Below are positions 9,369 through 18,669 of a stretch of 64,000 bases of DNA, in pieces. The DNA comes from an uncultured Fusibacter sp. (GTDB lineage Bacteria > Bacillota > Clostridia > Peptostreptococcales > Acidaminobacteraceae): contig OZ223306.1 of NCBI GenBank assembly GCA_965140735.1, positions 1,997,621 through 2,061,620 of the forward strand. Reading direction: 5' to 3'. The notes beneath the pieces were generated by a model. That model ran no database searches, was not told the DNA's origin, and saw only the letters and a program-made list of their open reading frames with translations. Each line of letters opens with the position of its first letter. Position 1 is the first letter of the stretch. The position numbers and the translations under genes were made by a program.

Positions 9369-9692
9369 TTTAGTCTCTCCTCGTTTTCATTTTTCAAATC
9401 CAAGTGACTTATTCTTGTACTCTAAAAGATTTTACATGTTGATTCCATTGTATTCTATTTTTTATGATGAAAACGTCATTTGCACGAAATGGCCCTTTAG
9501 CGTCATGAAATGACTAAATATAAATTTCTGCTGATTTTTAAATTCATCTGCTGGTGATCTCTGTAATATAATTACACAATATGATATTATAAACGTTAGA
9601 GGGTATATCTAATGATTAGATATTAGCCATCACCTAACACTGACTTTGAATAGTCTCAAAATTAATAAAATTCAATTTAGAGGAGAACACAT

Positions 9693-10178
9693 ATGACAAT
9701 AAAAAAACTATCTAATTTAGCCATACGAGTGCTAGGCATATACTTATTAGCGACAGGATCAGCTTCTGCAATTGCTATAATTTCACCATTATTTAAGGCC
9801 CTATATCATAATGATATCCACGCACTAACAATGATTACATATATTCTATTCCTCCTGCCTGCAATCATGGGGATATTATTCATTGTAAGACCTCAATTAA
9901 TAACTCGACATATCACATATACAAACACCGATTTTGATTTAGAGGCACTTTATCAATTAACTTTGAAAATAACAGGGTTGTTGTTAGTGCTTAATAGCGG
10001 CAAAATGCTCTTGACAGGTTTTAATTTTCTTCAAGAAGGTTTATTCACAAAACTAATGCTCGATTATCTGTTTTATGGTGGATTAGATTTTATCATAAAA
10101 GTCTCCCTAATAGTCGTTGGGATCATAATCTTTATTAGATCAAAAGCGATTTCAGACCGATGTGCTCGGGGAAAATAA
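9693..10178 (+). CDS. Hypothetical integral membrane protein (about 5 TM)
   Basis: Hydrophobic segments throughout. GAGGAG RBS upstream. Confidence 0.5.
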   Translation: MTIKKLSNLAIRVLGIYLLATGSASAIAIISPLFKALYHNDIHALTMITYILFLLPAIMGILFIVRPQLITRHITYTNTDFDLEALYQLTLKITGLLLVLNSGKMLLTGFNFLQEGLFTKLMLDYLFYGGLDFIIKVSLIVVGIIIFIRSKAISDRCARGK

Positions 10179-10243
10179 TGATCTTAAACAATGAAAGAGA
10201 TGTCTGATATAGACATCTCTTTACGCTTAATTTAACTCCAAAC

Positions 10244-12952
10244 TTAATTTGTCCCTGGTACGTAAAATTGAAAAGGAAATGAGTATGCATGATCCTCTAT
10301 TTCTGTGAAATAATAACTCGTCACTGATGCGCTTGTTTTATCTATTGTTTTGGTCCCTACACCCGGCAACGTTACTTCAACATGAATAGGATCATTATGA
10401 AATGGTCCAGGAGAACGTGGAATTTTCAAAAATGCTCTGCCGTTTTCTAGCTCTAATCCAGTATATAGTGTCCCATTAAGTACGACATTAACCGTTTCAG
10501 GAAATACAGGAGGGGTGTTATGATTATCATTAACGATCTGGACTCTTATTGCAATATTATGATATGAGTCAAGTTTTGGAGCAGATTCTTCTACAGCAAC
10601 TTCCTCAGCATGTTTTAAATAAAGGTTATAGGTGCCACCATCATATCTTTTTATATAATGAGAATTTAGAGATACTCTGTTCGAATCATAACCATCTGTA
10701 GAAAATTCAAATTTGTACGCGTTCGCTTCACCATCTTTAATTTTTAATTTAGCGACACCGTTAGATACATCATGAGGCACGCCGTTTATTTTTAAATTAA
10801 TATCAGAAAAAAGCTGCTCTCTTGTCGTTACATCATAGAATGCCAAATTGATTGTATAGCTGTTACCAGCTGTTTCTGTCCCAGAAGGTTCTGTCAATGT
10901 GTTTTCACTTGTTGGTTCAAATTCCACATAATTTTCTGGTAACATGACACCGACTTCCCCGAATTCAACTTCAAAAGGATTAAACGGAAGTGCTATTGTC
11001 TCTGTCTTATAGGTGCCGTCATGTAATGGCATTTCAACCTTTACAAATTCAATATTTACTTTTCGATGAAGTAGTTCCATTAAGGTAAATCTAACTTCTT
11101 TTGCATTGGTTTTAAATTTTATATCCAGTGCTTGATTCTTAACAACATTATAATTGGCATCCAAAAGACTAATCTTAACTTTATCTAAAGAATAAGTCCC
11201 TTCGTGACCTGCTGGCTCTTGAAAATCTACTCTTACGCCATTAGGCAGTACCAAATACATTTCCAAATCCCAATACATATCATCTAGTGCTTGTTCTGCA
11301 GCTTCCATTTGCTTTTCTCTAATTTGAGTCAAGGCTGGTACAATTCGCGTATTATATAATACTGGCTTAAACCGATCTGCAAGCTTAACTTTCATGGCAG
11401 GTGTCAATAGCGATTGATAGGCAAAATTTTTACCAGAGGCATGAACTTGATCATCAAACCACCCTTCATTGTCTCCACCATCCCATATTTCATTTAGATA
11501 CTCAACAATGTATTCATCTAGCTTTCGGCTTAAATCCTGTGGATTCTTAGGATCAATCATAGGCTCAATTATACTGATCCACTCTTTGATACTTTTCACA
11601 CCTGGTCCTCTAATTGTGTTATAAAAATCAGTGTAAGCGTTATAGTATACTTTTTCATTGCCTTCAAAAGCGGCATTGACAAATTTCGTAAGCGAGTAGT
11701 CAATAATCGCTACACCTGCTGATGCAGCTGAAGATATGCTGATCAATTCATCCATGCCATAGTCAAAAATTGCTTTAGCAGCATCTAAAACCGCTTTTTT
11801 TGCTTCGGGGGTTTGTTTACCCGTTGCCCATATACCTTCGTGAATTGCAAATATCTTTTTCCCTTTACCATAATGCTTAAGGCCGTCTTTTATTGGTTCT
11901 AAACTCTTTGTTCCCAAAATAAACTCTGTTGCCTCAACCAATTTAAAATCTGAAATACTTTTTAAGTTTGCATCTAAAGCTTTAAGAGCAGTTGTGATGT
12001 CGCTCTCATTCTTTGTTTCAACAACAAAAGCTTCTGGATTAATCACTGAGGTAGCTGAGTCTCTAGCACTGTGAAGATCTCCCATAAGTAATGCAAATTT
12101 AGAAAGATGATCGGTTTTAATATAGAGCACATGTTTTTGTGAATCTACTTCATAGTAGATATGTTCCCATTGATCTGTTTCTTCATTAAGATATCGTGCG
12201 GAAATATATTCTTCTTCTAAGACATCCGTTGGTATTTTTGATGGATTATAGGGCATAGCAATAGTAGCAAATCCACTTAAGTTGTGAATATCACCTAATT
12301 TTACTTCAATTACCTCTTTATATATCACGGTTTCTGGAATACCTTTACTGTGACTATCGCTAATTTTTTTAATCACGATCTCTGTAGGCGCGTCAATGGC
12401 ATAGTTAGGCAAATCAATTTTTATGCCAAGCTCTTTTGCCTCAACAGTTAGAGTGCCAACATCAATTGACCTTGTAAAAGTTGTTTGAGCTGTATCACCT
12501 GACTGCACATCTTGAGCAGGTACATCTTGCGTAGGTGCATCCTGAGTAGGCGTATCTTGGATAAGTGTATCTTGAGCTGACATATCCTGAACTGGTGCAC
12601 CCGATTTATTCAGATAGATTAGAAAATCGTTTTCAATACCAGTTCCTGGGTCCGGTATTACAGTAAAATCGCCTTCATACCTCTGATAACCATCCATTTC
12701 AACAGCCACATGTAAAGTTCTACCTACAGTCGCCATGCCGTAATCAAATCTAAATCGATTGTTAAATGTATTAAAGTATGCATTGTCTACATAAACTTTA
12801 TAGTCACTAATTTGATCGATGGGAATATGATCTTTTAACGATGCATCATAAATTCTAAAACTGACAAAAGCTTCATTATTTGCAAAAGTATTTGATGGTA
12901 ATATGCCTATCACCATGATCATTATTAGTAACATCGACATAATTTTTTTCAT
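10244..12952 (-). CDS. Large secreted hypothetical protein (~900 aa) with signal peptide and Thr/Gln/Asp-rich linker
   Basis: MKKIMSMLLIMIMVIGILPSNTFA signal peptide. Start placed at the second ATG because of RBS spacing. The TQDTPTQDAPTQDVPAQDVQ linker is encoded by 15-bp tandem repeats. Confidence 0.55.
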   Translation of the reverse strand: MKKIMSMLLIMIMVIGILPSNTFANNEAFVSFRIYDASLKDHIPIDQISDYKVYVDNAYFNTFNNRFRFDYGMATVGRTLHVAVEMDGYQRYEGDFTVIPDPGTGIENDFLIYLNKSGAPVQDMSAQDTLIQDTPTQDAPTQDVPAQDVQSGDTAQTTFTRSIDVGTLTVEAKELGIKIDLPNYAIDAPTEIVIKKISDSHSKGIPETVIYKEVIEVKLGDIHNLSGFATIAMPYNPSKIPTDVLEEEYISARYLNEETDQWEHIYYEVDSQKHVLYIKTDHLSKFALLMGDLHSARDSATSVINPEAFVVETKNESDITTALKALDANLKSISDFKLVEATEFILGTKSLEPIKDGLKHYGKGKKIFAIHEGIWATGKQTPEAKKAVLDAAKAIFDYGMDELISISSAASAGVAIIDYSLTKFVNAAFEGNEKVYYNAYTDFYNTIRGPGVKSIKEWISIIEPMIDPKNPQDLSRKLDEYIVEYLNEIWDGGDNEGWFDDQVHASGKNFAYQSLLTPAMKVKLADRFKPVLYNTRIVPALTQIREKQMEAAEQALDDMYWDLEMYLVLPNGVRVDFQEPAGHEGTYSLDKVKISLLDANYNVVKNQALDIKFKTNAKEVRFTLMELLHRKVNIEFVKVEMPLHDGTYKTETIALPFNPFEVEFGEVGVMLPENYVEFEPTSENTLTEPSGTETAGNSYTINLAFYDVTTREQLFSDINLKINGVPHDVSNGVAKLKIKDGEANAYKFEFSTDGYDSNRVSLNSHYIKRYDGGTYNLYLKHAEEVAVEESAPKLDSYHNIAIRVQIVNDNHNTPPVFPETVNVVLNGTLYTGLELENGRAFLKIPRSPGPFHNDPIHVEVTLPGVGTKTIDKTSASVTSYYFTEIEDHAYSFPFQFYVPGTN
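12504..12595. repeat. Six imperfect 15-bp tandem repeats inside the secreted-protein gene (encode (T/A)QDxP units)
   Basis: acatcttgagcaggt / acatcttgcgtaggt / gcatcctgagtaggc / gtatcttggataagt / gtatcttgagctgac / atatcctgaactggt. Confidence 0.6.
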
Positions 12953-13419
12953 ATCCATTCCCCTTTACATACATATTTTATAGCAACAACCCATTCCTAT
13001 ACACAGTATTATATGCAAAAAAAACATAAAAAAAATCACCACTTTTGGGTGATTTTTTAATAATTCGGTTCTTATAAGCATTGAAATTAGTCAATTGCTT
13101 TTATGAGGATTTCAAAATTGAGCTTATTTGTTTTATATCTCTTTTGAGCTGGATCTGGGATGTTATAGGGGGGTTGGAAAACGTCAAAAGGTACAAGCGT
13201 AACATTTTCAGATATAAAAAGTAAAATAGATACATAAATGTCTGCAATATTAAGTTTAATATGGATGATGAAAATTGTCATACTAGCACTCTATTTATCA
13301 TAATTGCCGCTTGCTTAATGCTTTCATCTAAACAGAATAAAAATGTTACAATAAAGTTGTAATGATGTTATATCAATATGAAATGCTATTCGACATAAAT
13401 AATTATTAAGTAGGTTATT

Positions 13420-13938
13420 ATGGAATATTTAGAAATAAAAAAAGATTTATCAGTACTTGGCATAAAACTGGGTGCAACCTTTGAAAAATGTATCAAAGTA
13501 TTTGGTAATAACTACAAAGAGATTACTCGGCCTGTTTACAAAAAATCATATGTTGCTCGGTATAAAACCCTAGATTATTTTAACGGTGGTCTTGTTCTAT
13601 TCTTCGAAGATAACAATAAATTGATTTCGATAGCAATAGATAAATCTCTCTCTAGCCATTACAAGGTCCACTATGATAATGTACCAATATTTGATGTCCC
13701 AAGAAATATACTTATTAATATTTTCATAAAAAAATACGGATATGAATATCTAGATACTTCTGATCTCAATTTCATTACATCTAAAGATGGATTGCTTATA
13801 TATTCAGAAACTGTTTTCAACTATTCAGAATTAGAAGATCCATACTTTAAATTAATGGCGTCAGAAGATCAACTAAGTTATTTTGATTCTATTTTCATAT
13901 CATCTTTTTCTATAGGAAATCTCAATGCTAATGACTAG
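13420..13938 (+). CDS. Hypothetical protein (172 aa)
   Basis: ORF with a weak RBS and no recognisable motif. Lies immediately left of the island-end repeat. Confidence 0.4.
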   Translation: MEYLEIKKDLSVLGIKLGATFEKCIKVFGNNYKEITRPVYKKSYVARYKTLDYFNGGLVLFFEDNNKLISIAIDKSLSSHYKVHYDNVPIFDVPRNILINIFIKKYGYEYLDTSDLNFITSKDGLLIYSETVFNYSELEDPYFKLMASEDQLSYFDSIFISSFSIGNLNAND

Positions 13939-13942
13939 ATTT

Positions 13943-14047
13943 AATTGCTCTCTAGTATCCTGTAATTATGGTTTATTGAGAAATTTATGGTTCATTGATT
14001 CAAAAAAATAAACGAACCCTCACATTTGTATAGGTTCGTTCTTTATT
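13943..14047. repeat. Left copy of imperfect ~105-bp direct repeat (attL-like): degenerate integrase 3'-end remnant plus tmRNA-terminator-like hairpin
   Basis: aattgctctctagtatcctgtaattatgg...ttcaaaaaaataaacgaaccctcacatttgtataggttcgttctttatt matches 25865..25979 (the int C-terminus codons plus the ssrA terminator) with several mismatches and one 8-bp indel. The int-like part here is interrupted by a stop. Confidence 0.6.
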
Positions 14048-14058
14048 AAGACAACAAG

Positions 14059-14145
14059 ATTTGAGCCGAAAGCTGTGATGAGGGGTGTTCAACCTCAAAC
14101 AGCGTCAGTGAAAATCGGTTTGAGGCATCAAAAGATGGCTCAAAT
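14059..14145. other. Nested stem-loop structure just inside the island's left end (possible small structured RNA or recombination-site structure)
   Basis: ATTTGAGCC (14059..14067) pairs with GGCTCAAAT (14137..14145). Inner CCTCAAAC (14093..14100) pairs with GTTTGAGG (14118..14125), with a 17-nt loop. Confidence 0.3.
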
Positions 14146-14314
14146 GTTGTTGGTAGGCTGGGCTAGTGGGCATTAAATAAGAACTTTCAAACTGCTCCAA
14201 GAAATTTAGGTCAATCTCAATCTGTTCAGACTTTGTTATAAATACTATTTCTAATTTTACATCGTACAAATAAAGTTTATTCACAAAGATGCCATTTCCA
14301 TGCCACCACCTTCT

Positions 14315-14575
14315 CTATGTGTTAATCTTAAAACATCCTTGATACTCATTAATCTCAGAATGTTCAATCATAGGCGGCTTCACTACAATAAATTCGAAAT
14401 CCACTTGTTTGGCATTATTATAAACCTTCCCATTTTTAGGAAGAGGTACTTTTTTGCCATCCATATAGATCCAAGCACTAACGCTGTACGCTCTATTGAG
14501 TACATTAAATGTACTATTTTTCCTTATCTCAGTTATAGAAAAAATATATATTCCAATTTTATTTCTTATTGACAT
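14315..14575 (-). CDS. Hypothetical protein (86 aa; weak call, overlaps an equally long plus-strand ORF)
   Basis: ORF only. No RBS and no motif. Confidence 0.2.
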   Translation of the reverse strand: MSIRNKIGIYIFSITEIRKNSTFNVLNRAYSVSAWIYMDGKKVPLPKNGKVYNNAKQVDFEFIVVKPPMIEHSEINEYQGCFKINT

Positions 14576-14701
14576 ATTTTTCTATTATGTTACACTACTC
14601 CGTGTAAGTCATACTGTATAGGAGATGTCCATTTGAAGACATAATCTCTCTGCTACTCGATACATATTTCTTGATAAAAATAATATATTAGGAGGATAAA
14701 A

Positions 14702-15139
14702 ATGCAAAAAAAACATATTTATGTTCTAATAAGCCTTATTTCTTTAGGAAGTTTGCTTATAGATGCTTTTGTTTATGCTACAACAGTAAACATATTATAT
14801 TTCATATTGATCTATATTTTATCGTTACTTTCTGCTTCGCTTATTGGAAAATACATATCTAGATTTTTATTAGTCGTTATTGTTTTCCAAATATTATTAA
14901 CCTCTTTAATATTTCCAAAATATAGCTACGAAGATGCCGAAAGGGAAATTTTGGAAATTTATAATCAAGAACAGGTTTTCAATCTAAAGCCTACAACGGC
15001 ACTCACTTCTATTCATTTTTATGAAATTGTTAATTTTGGTTATGTTTTTGAAATTGAATATCAAGGAAAGCGTGTCGAAGTTATTGTCAATCCAAACAAC
15101 TTAGCTGAATACGGAATTCTTGGTGGAAATCATGATTAA
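14702..15139 (+). CDS. Hypothetical membrane protein (145 aa; 3 TM plus soluble C-terminal domain)
   Basis: Strong AGGAGG RBS upstream of the ATG. Hydrophobic N-terminal half. Confidence 0.5.
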   Translation: MQKKHIYVLISLISLGSLLIDAFVYATTVNILYFILIYILSLLSASLIGKYISRFLLVVIVFQILLTSLIFPKYSYEDAEREILEIYNQEQVFNLKPTTALTSIHFYEIVNFGYVFEIEYQGKRVEVIVNPNNLAEYGILGGNHD

Positions 15140-15667
15140 GAAAAATAGTAAGCATCTTATTCATATTTGTTTTAGCAACAACATCGAGATTAGGTGCTTT
15201 TAGTACAGGTCTTGTAAGTGGCCTTATAGGTAGCTATATTGACTCAAAACTTCATTATGCGACTACACTAGACCTGTTGAAAATCACTCTGATCTAGGAT
15301 AATGTAATGGATTTCTAGGATCATGTTATGACCTCGTTGAGGCAGGCATTTGGAATTATTTATTTAACTAAACGTTCAAACAATTTAATATTCACGAAAG
15401 GAAGTTTCAATTATAGATTTATTTAATCATAAATTGATTTCAAAATTTTCTCACACTGTCTAACCAAATAATGCGCTTCCACCGCTACCATGAACTGAAC
15501 CTTATCCTCATTATAGACCCCAAACAAACTCCAACCTGCTTATGTCATTCCCTCAACACGACCCGGCTTAGTTCCATAAACTGACTCAATACGAATTGAG
15601 TCTTTTTTAGTGTAAATGTAAAAATAGTTTAACGCTCTTTGTGCTACAGGTATCTGTTCTCACCTCT

Positions 15668-16185
15668 CTACTCTTCCGCATAATACCGCCTATCCTTATA
15701 CTTCATCACCAACTCTTTCTGAACTCTCACAAGATCAAGATCAAACACCTCAGCAGCCTTTAAAAAATTGAAACTCAGTGCCATATGTAAATCAGCAATC
15801 TGTAATTGATGATAAAAAAAGTCATCCTGCTCACTCACCGACAAATACTGACACTCCCTCTTATTTCTCGTGATCTTCTTGATCGCCTTAGCACTTTCAA
15901 TCGCCTCTTCCATTTCCTCGATCAAACAATCCAGAACAGTGGTATAATTCTCATCCACATTATCAAGCAATGGCATATTAAAAAGACCAAGCTTTCTTTC
16001 AGTGGTATATTCAACCTTTAACCTCGGTTCTTTCACAATTCCTATGACTTTTTCGACTAGATCAGACGGAAACTCCTGAGTACCACGCTCACACTTACTG
16101 TAATTGCTCTGACTCATGCCCAACTGACATCCAGTGAAAGACCTTCTTTATCCCTTGCAAACTTCAAACGTTCGTAAAAGTGCAT
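15668..16185 (-). pseudogene. Frameshifted XRE-family HTH regulator with ~120-aa C-terminal domain (cI-like repressor candidate)
   Basis: ATG at ~16185 with an AAGGAGG RBS encodes MHFYERLKFARDKEGLSLDVSWA* (helix 1-2 of an XRE HTH). After a +2 frame change the 151-aa ORF continues QLGMSQSNYSKCERGTQEFPSDLVEKV (helix 3 onward) plus a C-terminal domain. Together they form one complete HTH_XRE domain. Confidence 0.5.
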
Positions 16186-16296
16186 CCCTCTATCGACCTC
16201 CTTTATTATGAAATTGAATTTTGTCACAATAGAATCAAACTCCTCGATATGATATTAATTAACATGTAAAATCGTGACTTTTATGAATAAAATTCT

Positions 16297-16497
16297 TCAT
16301 TTTGTGACTTTGTTATTAAAAAAAATAGTCCATTCAAATCCAAACAGTTCCGCAATTTTTTTTGCTAACCCTACTGATGGATTTCTTTTACTATTCTCAA
16401 TCTGGGTATAGTGCGTTCTTGAAATACCTACACTATCAGCAACTTTTTGTTGACTCATCCCTTTTTGATTTCTACTGTCAATAAGATACTGTCTCAT
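16297..16497 (-). CDS. Small XRE-family HTH transcriptional regulator (66 aa, cro/cI-like)
   Basis: MSQQKVADSVGISRTHYTQIENSKRNPSVGLAKKIAELFG is a canonical HTH_3 domain. Upstream is a TTGACG-17-TATATT promoter overlapped by GTCACA operator motifs. Confidence 0.75.
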   Translation of the reverse strand: MRQYLIDSRNQKGMSQQKVADSVGISRTHYTQIENSKRNPSVGLAKKIAELFGFEWTIFFNNKVTK

Positions 16498-16661
16498 CGC
16501 ATTCTCCTTTAAGACTCATTTTGTGACTATATTAATAATATAGCCACAATTAGAGTATTCGTCAACACTTTTTTTAACATTCAACATTTTTTTATTACAT
16601 TTTGTTAAATCCAATATTGTCTGTCACAAAAAGAAACACTATAATATAGTAGAGGTGTCAT
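16498..16661. promoter_or_regulatory. Divergent promoter/operator region of the island's regulatory switch
   Basis: Minus-sense TTGACG-17nt-TATATT drives the 66-aa XRE gene. Plus-sense TTGTCT (16617..16622)-17nt-TATAAT (16640..16645) drives the first ImmR-like gene. Repeated TTTGTGACT / GTCACAA motifs at 16521..16530 and 16623..16629 overlap the promoter elements, and similar motifs occur at 16221..16230, 16273..16279 and 16301..16310. Confidence 0.5.
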
Positions 16662-16979
16662 ATGAAAATTAATCGTTTAAGAGATTTAAGAACTGAAAAA
16701 GGACTTACGCAATATGAAATTGCTGATTATTTAAATCTTAAAAGAACAACTTATGCAAATTATGAAAGTGGTACTAGAGAACCCGACTATGAAACTCTTT
16801 TAAAGATATCAGATTTCTTTGATGTTTCAATTGACTACCTATTGGAAAAAACCGATATTCGAAAATATACAGAAGATATTCTCGCTTTCAACTCTACTGA
16901 AGGTTTGACAGAAGATGATCTCAAACTTGTTCATCAGATGATTCAGAATATGCGAGATAAGAATTTGAGTAAGAAGTAG
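16662..16979 (+). CDS. ImmR/SinR-like XRE-family repressor, paralog 1 (HTH plus conserved C-terminal tail)
   Basis: LRTEKGLTQYEIADYLNLKRTTYANYESGTREPDYETLLKISDFFDVSIDYLLEKTD is an HTH_XRE domain with the ..VS.DYLL..TD motif. The C-terminal YTEDILAFNSTEGLTEDDLKLVHQMIQNMRDKN is shared by all four paralogs. Confidence 0.8.
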   Translation: MKINRLRDLRTEKGLTQYEIADYLNLKRTTYANYESGTREPDYETLLKISDFFDVSIDYLLEKTDIRKYTEDILAFNSTEGLTEDDLKLVHQMIQNMRDKNLSKK

Positions 16980-17055
16980 GATTTAATAATTGAGATTAGG
17001 AGCTGTAAGGCTCTTTTTCTAGGATTATACATGGTGAATATTGTTATACTTGAGA
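16872..17055. repeat. Left copy of ~185-bp direct repeat (3' end of ImmR-like gene plus ~75 bp downstream)
   Basis: About 90% identical to 19222..19403 (gaagatattct..gcgagataagaattt..gataattgagattaggagct.taaggctctttttcta..atacatggtga.tattgttata). Confidence 0.7.
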
Positions 17056-17144
17056 AATGTTATCACTCTATTAAGTGTCTCTTTCATATCTAATTGACAA
17101 AATTTTAATTACCTCATTTTTAATAAATTGAGAAAGGAGAAATT

Positions 17145-18197
17145 ATGAATTTATACTACTACTCAAAGCATATGCTAACCATTTTCAATAATAACAATGA
17201 ACTAATAAATTATTTTAAAGAGCTTAGCCTATGTCAAGAAACTCTTATTATCAATCCCAAGGATATAGCAAATTTGCCAGCGGGGGGTACGGAACTGAGC
17301 GAAAGTGTGAATGAAATTAGAAATGAAATTAATGACGATTTGAAAAAAACATTATCAATTATTCGAAAGAATAAACCATTGAATGTGATGTCTTTAATAA
17401 GTAATTTCATCGTTGAATTAATGGCTTCTGATGACACTTTTGGTTCAGACAATAATTTTATCGAAAAATTAAGTGAATTTATTAAACTTCATACTGATGC
17501 CTATTCTGATGAAACACTGCCCCACGTATATAAACTTACTAAATTGAGCTCAAAATTATATCAATCCATTTCTAGTTATATTGAACATTTTGAGTTTATC
17601 GTTGAAAGTAATGAAAAAAACTTTGATTCTATCCCATCTACGCACAATATAATATCAATTAACTCAGATCAAAAAACATATTATATAAGTGAATTTGTCA
17701 ATATTTTTACAAGTATAGAAAAACTATATGAATACATCTGTTTCATTTACCAAATTGATGCTGAAAAACCTAATAATAAATTATTAATTAATGATATTCA
17801 CACTGGTTCGTGGGCTACTGACTTACTTGGAATCAAACAAGTTGTTATTACTATTGAAAACTTATTAAAGGGTATAGGTGTATTTTTAAGAGATCTTATA
17901 ACTGGTCAAATCAGTAAAGAAATGTATCTTAATAAATGTGAACAAATGTCTGCATATATGGATTTAGTTAAAAAAGCAAAAGAAATTGGAATTGATAATC
18001 CGGAAGTCGGTTTATTAAAATGTTTAAAACCATTTGGCGAAATTGCTGAAAAAGGAATGACTACTCTTGAAGTTAATGGAGAAGATGTATTAAATCTCTC
18101 TGCTTACGAAAAATTGATTATAAAAATTATAAAATTGGATCTCGAAAAATTGATTGAAAGTGCCACTCAAATTGAACAATTAGAAGAAAAAGAATAA
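17145..18197 (+). CDS. Hypothetical protein (350 aa), no recognisable domain, embedded inside the ImmR-like array
   Basis: Strong AAAGGAG RBS upstream of the ATG. Predicted soluble and helical-rich, with no motif I can assign. Confidence 0.55.
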   Translation: MNLYYYSKHMLTIFNNNNELINYFKELSLCQETLIINPKDIANLPAGGTELSESVNEIRNEINDDLKKTLSIIRKNKPLNVMSLISNFIVELMASDDTFGSDNNFIEKLSEFIKLHTDAYSDETLPHVYKLTKLSSKLYQSISSYIEHFEFIVESNEKNFDSIPSTHNIISINSDQKTYYISEFVNIFTSIEKLYEYICFIYQIDAEKPNNKLLINDIHTGSWATDLLGIKQVVITIENLLKGIGVFLRDLITGQISKEMYLNKCEQMSAYMDLVKKAKEIGIDNPEVGLLKCLKPFGEIAEKGMTTLEVNGEDVLNLSAYEKLIIKIIKLDLEKLIESATQIEQLEEKE

Positions 18198-18263
18198 ACT
18201 GAAACTGATTTTTTTGACATGTTGGTGAATTTTTTCCGAGCTAATATAAAAAATATTCATCTA

Positions 18264-18327
18264 ATGATATCAAACTTGTTCATCAGATGATCCAAAACAT
18301 GCGGAATAAGAATTTGGGTAAGAAATA
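18264..18327 (+). pseudogene. 3'-terminal remnant (last ~21 codons) of a further ImmR-like paralog
   Basis: gatatcaaacttgttcatcagatgatccaaaacatgcggaataagaatttgggtaagaaatag encodes ...DIKLVHQMIQNMRNKNLGKK* with no 5' part. It is followed by the shared 5' leader of the next paralog. Confidence 0.6.
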
Positions 18328-18347
18328 GAATTTACATTAGGTGAAAT

Positions 18348-18668
18348 ATGCTATTTAGTGAAAGATTCAAGGCTTTAAGACAAGAAAAAGAATTAACTCA
18401 AACAGAACTTGCAAATAAGCTAAATATTTCTCAAGGTTCTGTTGCAATGTATGAAAGTGGAAAAAGAATACCTGAAAATAATGTGCTTATATTATTGTCT
18501 AAGTTTTTTGATGTCTCAACTGATTATTTATTAGGACTTACTGATATAAGAAAATACTCAGAAGATATTCTTGCTTTTAATTCTACTGAAGGTTTAACTG
18601 AAGACGATCTCAGACTTGTTCATCAAATGATTCAAAATTTAAGAGATAAAAATTCAGGAAATAAGTAA
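18348..18668 (+). CDS. ImmR/SinR-like XRE-family repressor, paralog 2
   Basis: MLFSERFKALRQEKELTQTELANKLNISQGSVAMYESGKRIPENNVLILLSKFFDVSTDYLLGLTD plus the conserved tail. The first ~75 nt are identical to paralog 4. Confidence 0.8.
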   Translation: MLFSERFKALRQEKELTQTELANKLNISQGSVAMYESGKRIPENNVLILLSKFFDVSTDYLLGLTDIRKYSEDILAFNSTEGLTEDDLRLVHQMIQNLRDKNSGNK

Positions 18669-18669
18669 G

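Noticed and set aside
14059-14145. Possible hammerhead ribozyme (GAAA and UGAUGA motifs) in the nested stem-loop
   Set aside because: The motif order and spacing (GAAA only 2 nt before GUGAUGA, with G in place of the conserved C3) do not fit any hammerhead permutation.
15450-15660. Locally GC-richer non-coding stretch inside the island, suspected gene fragment
   Set aside because: No ORF above 60 aa in any frame and no recognisable protein or RNA motif.
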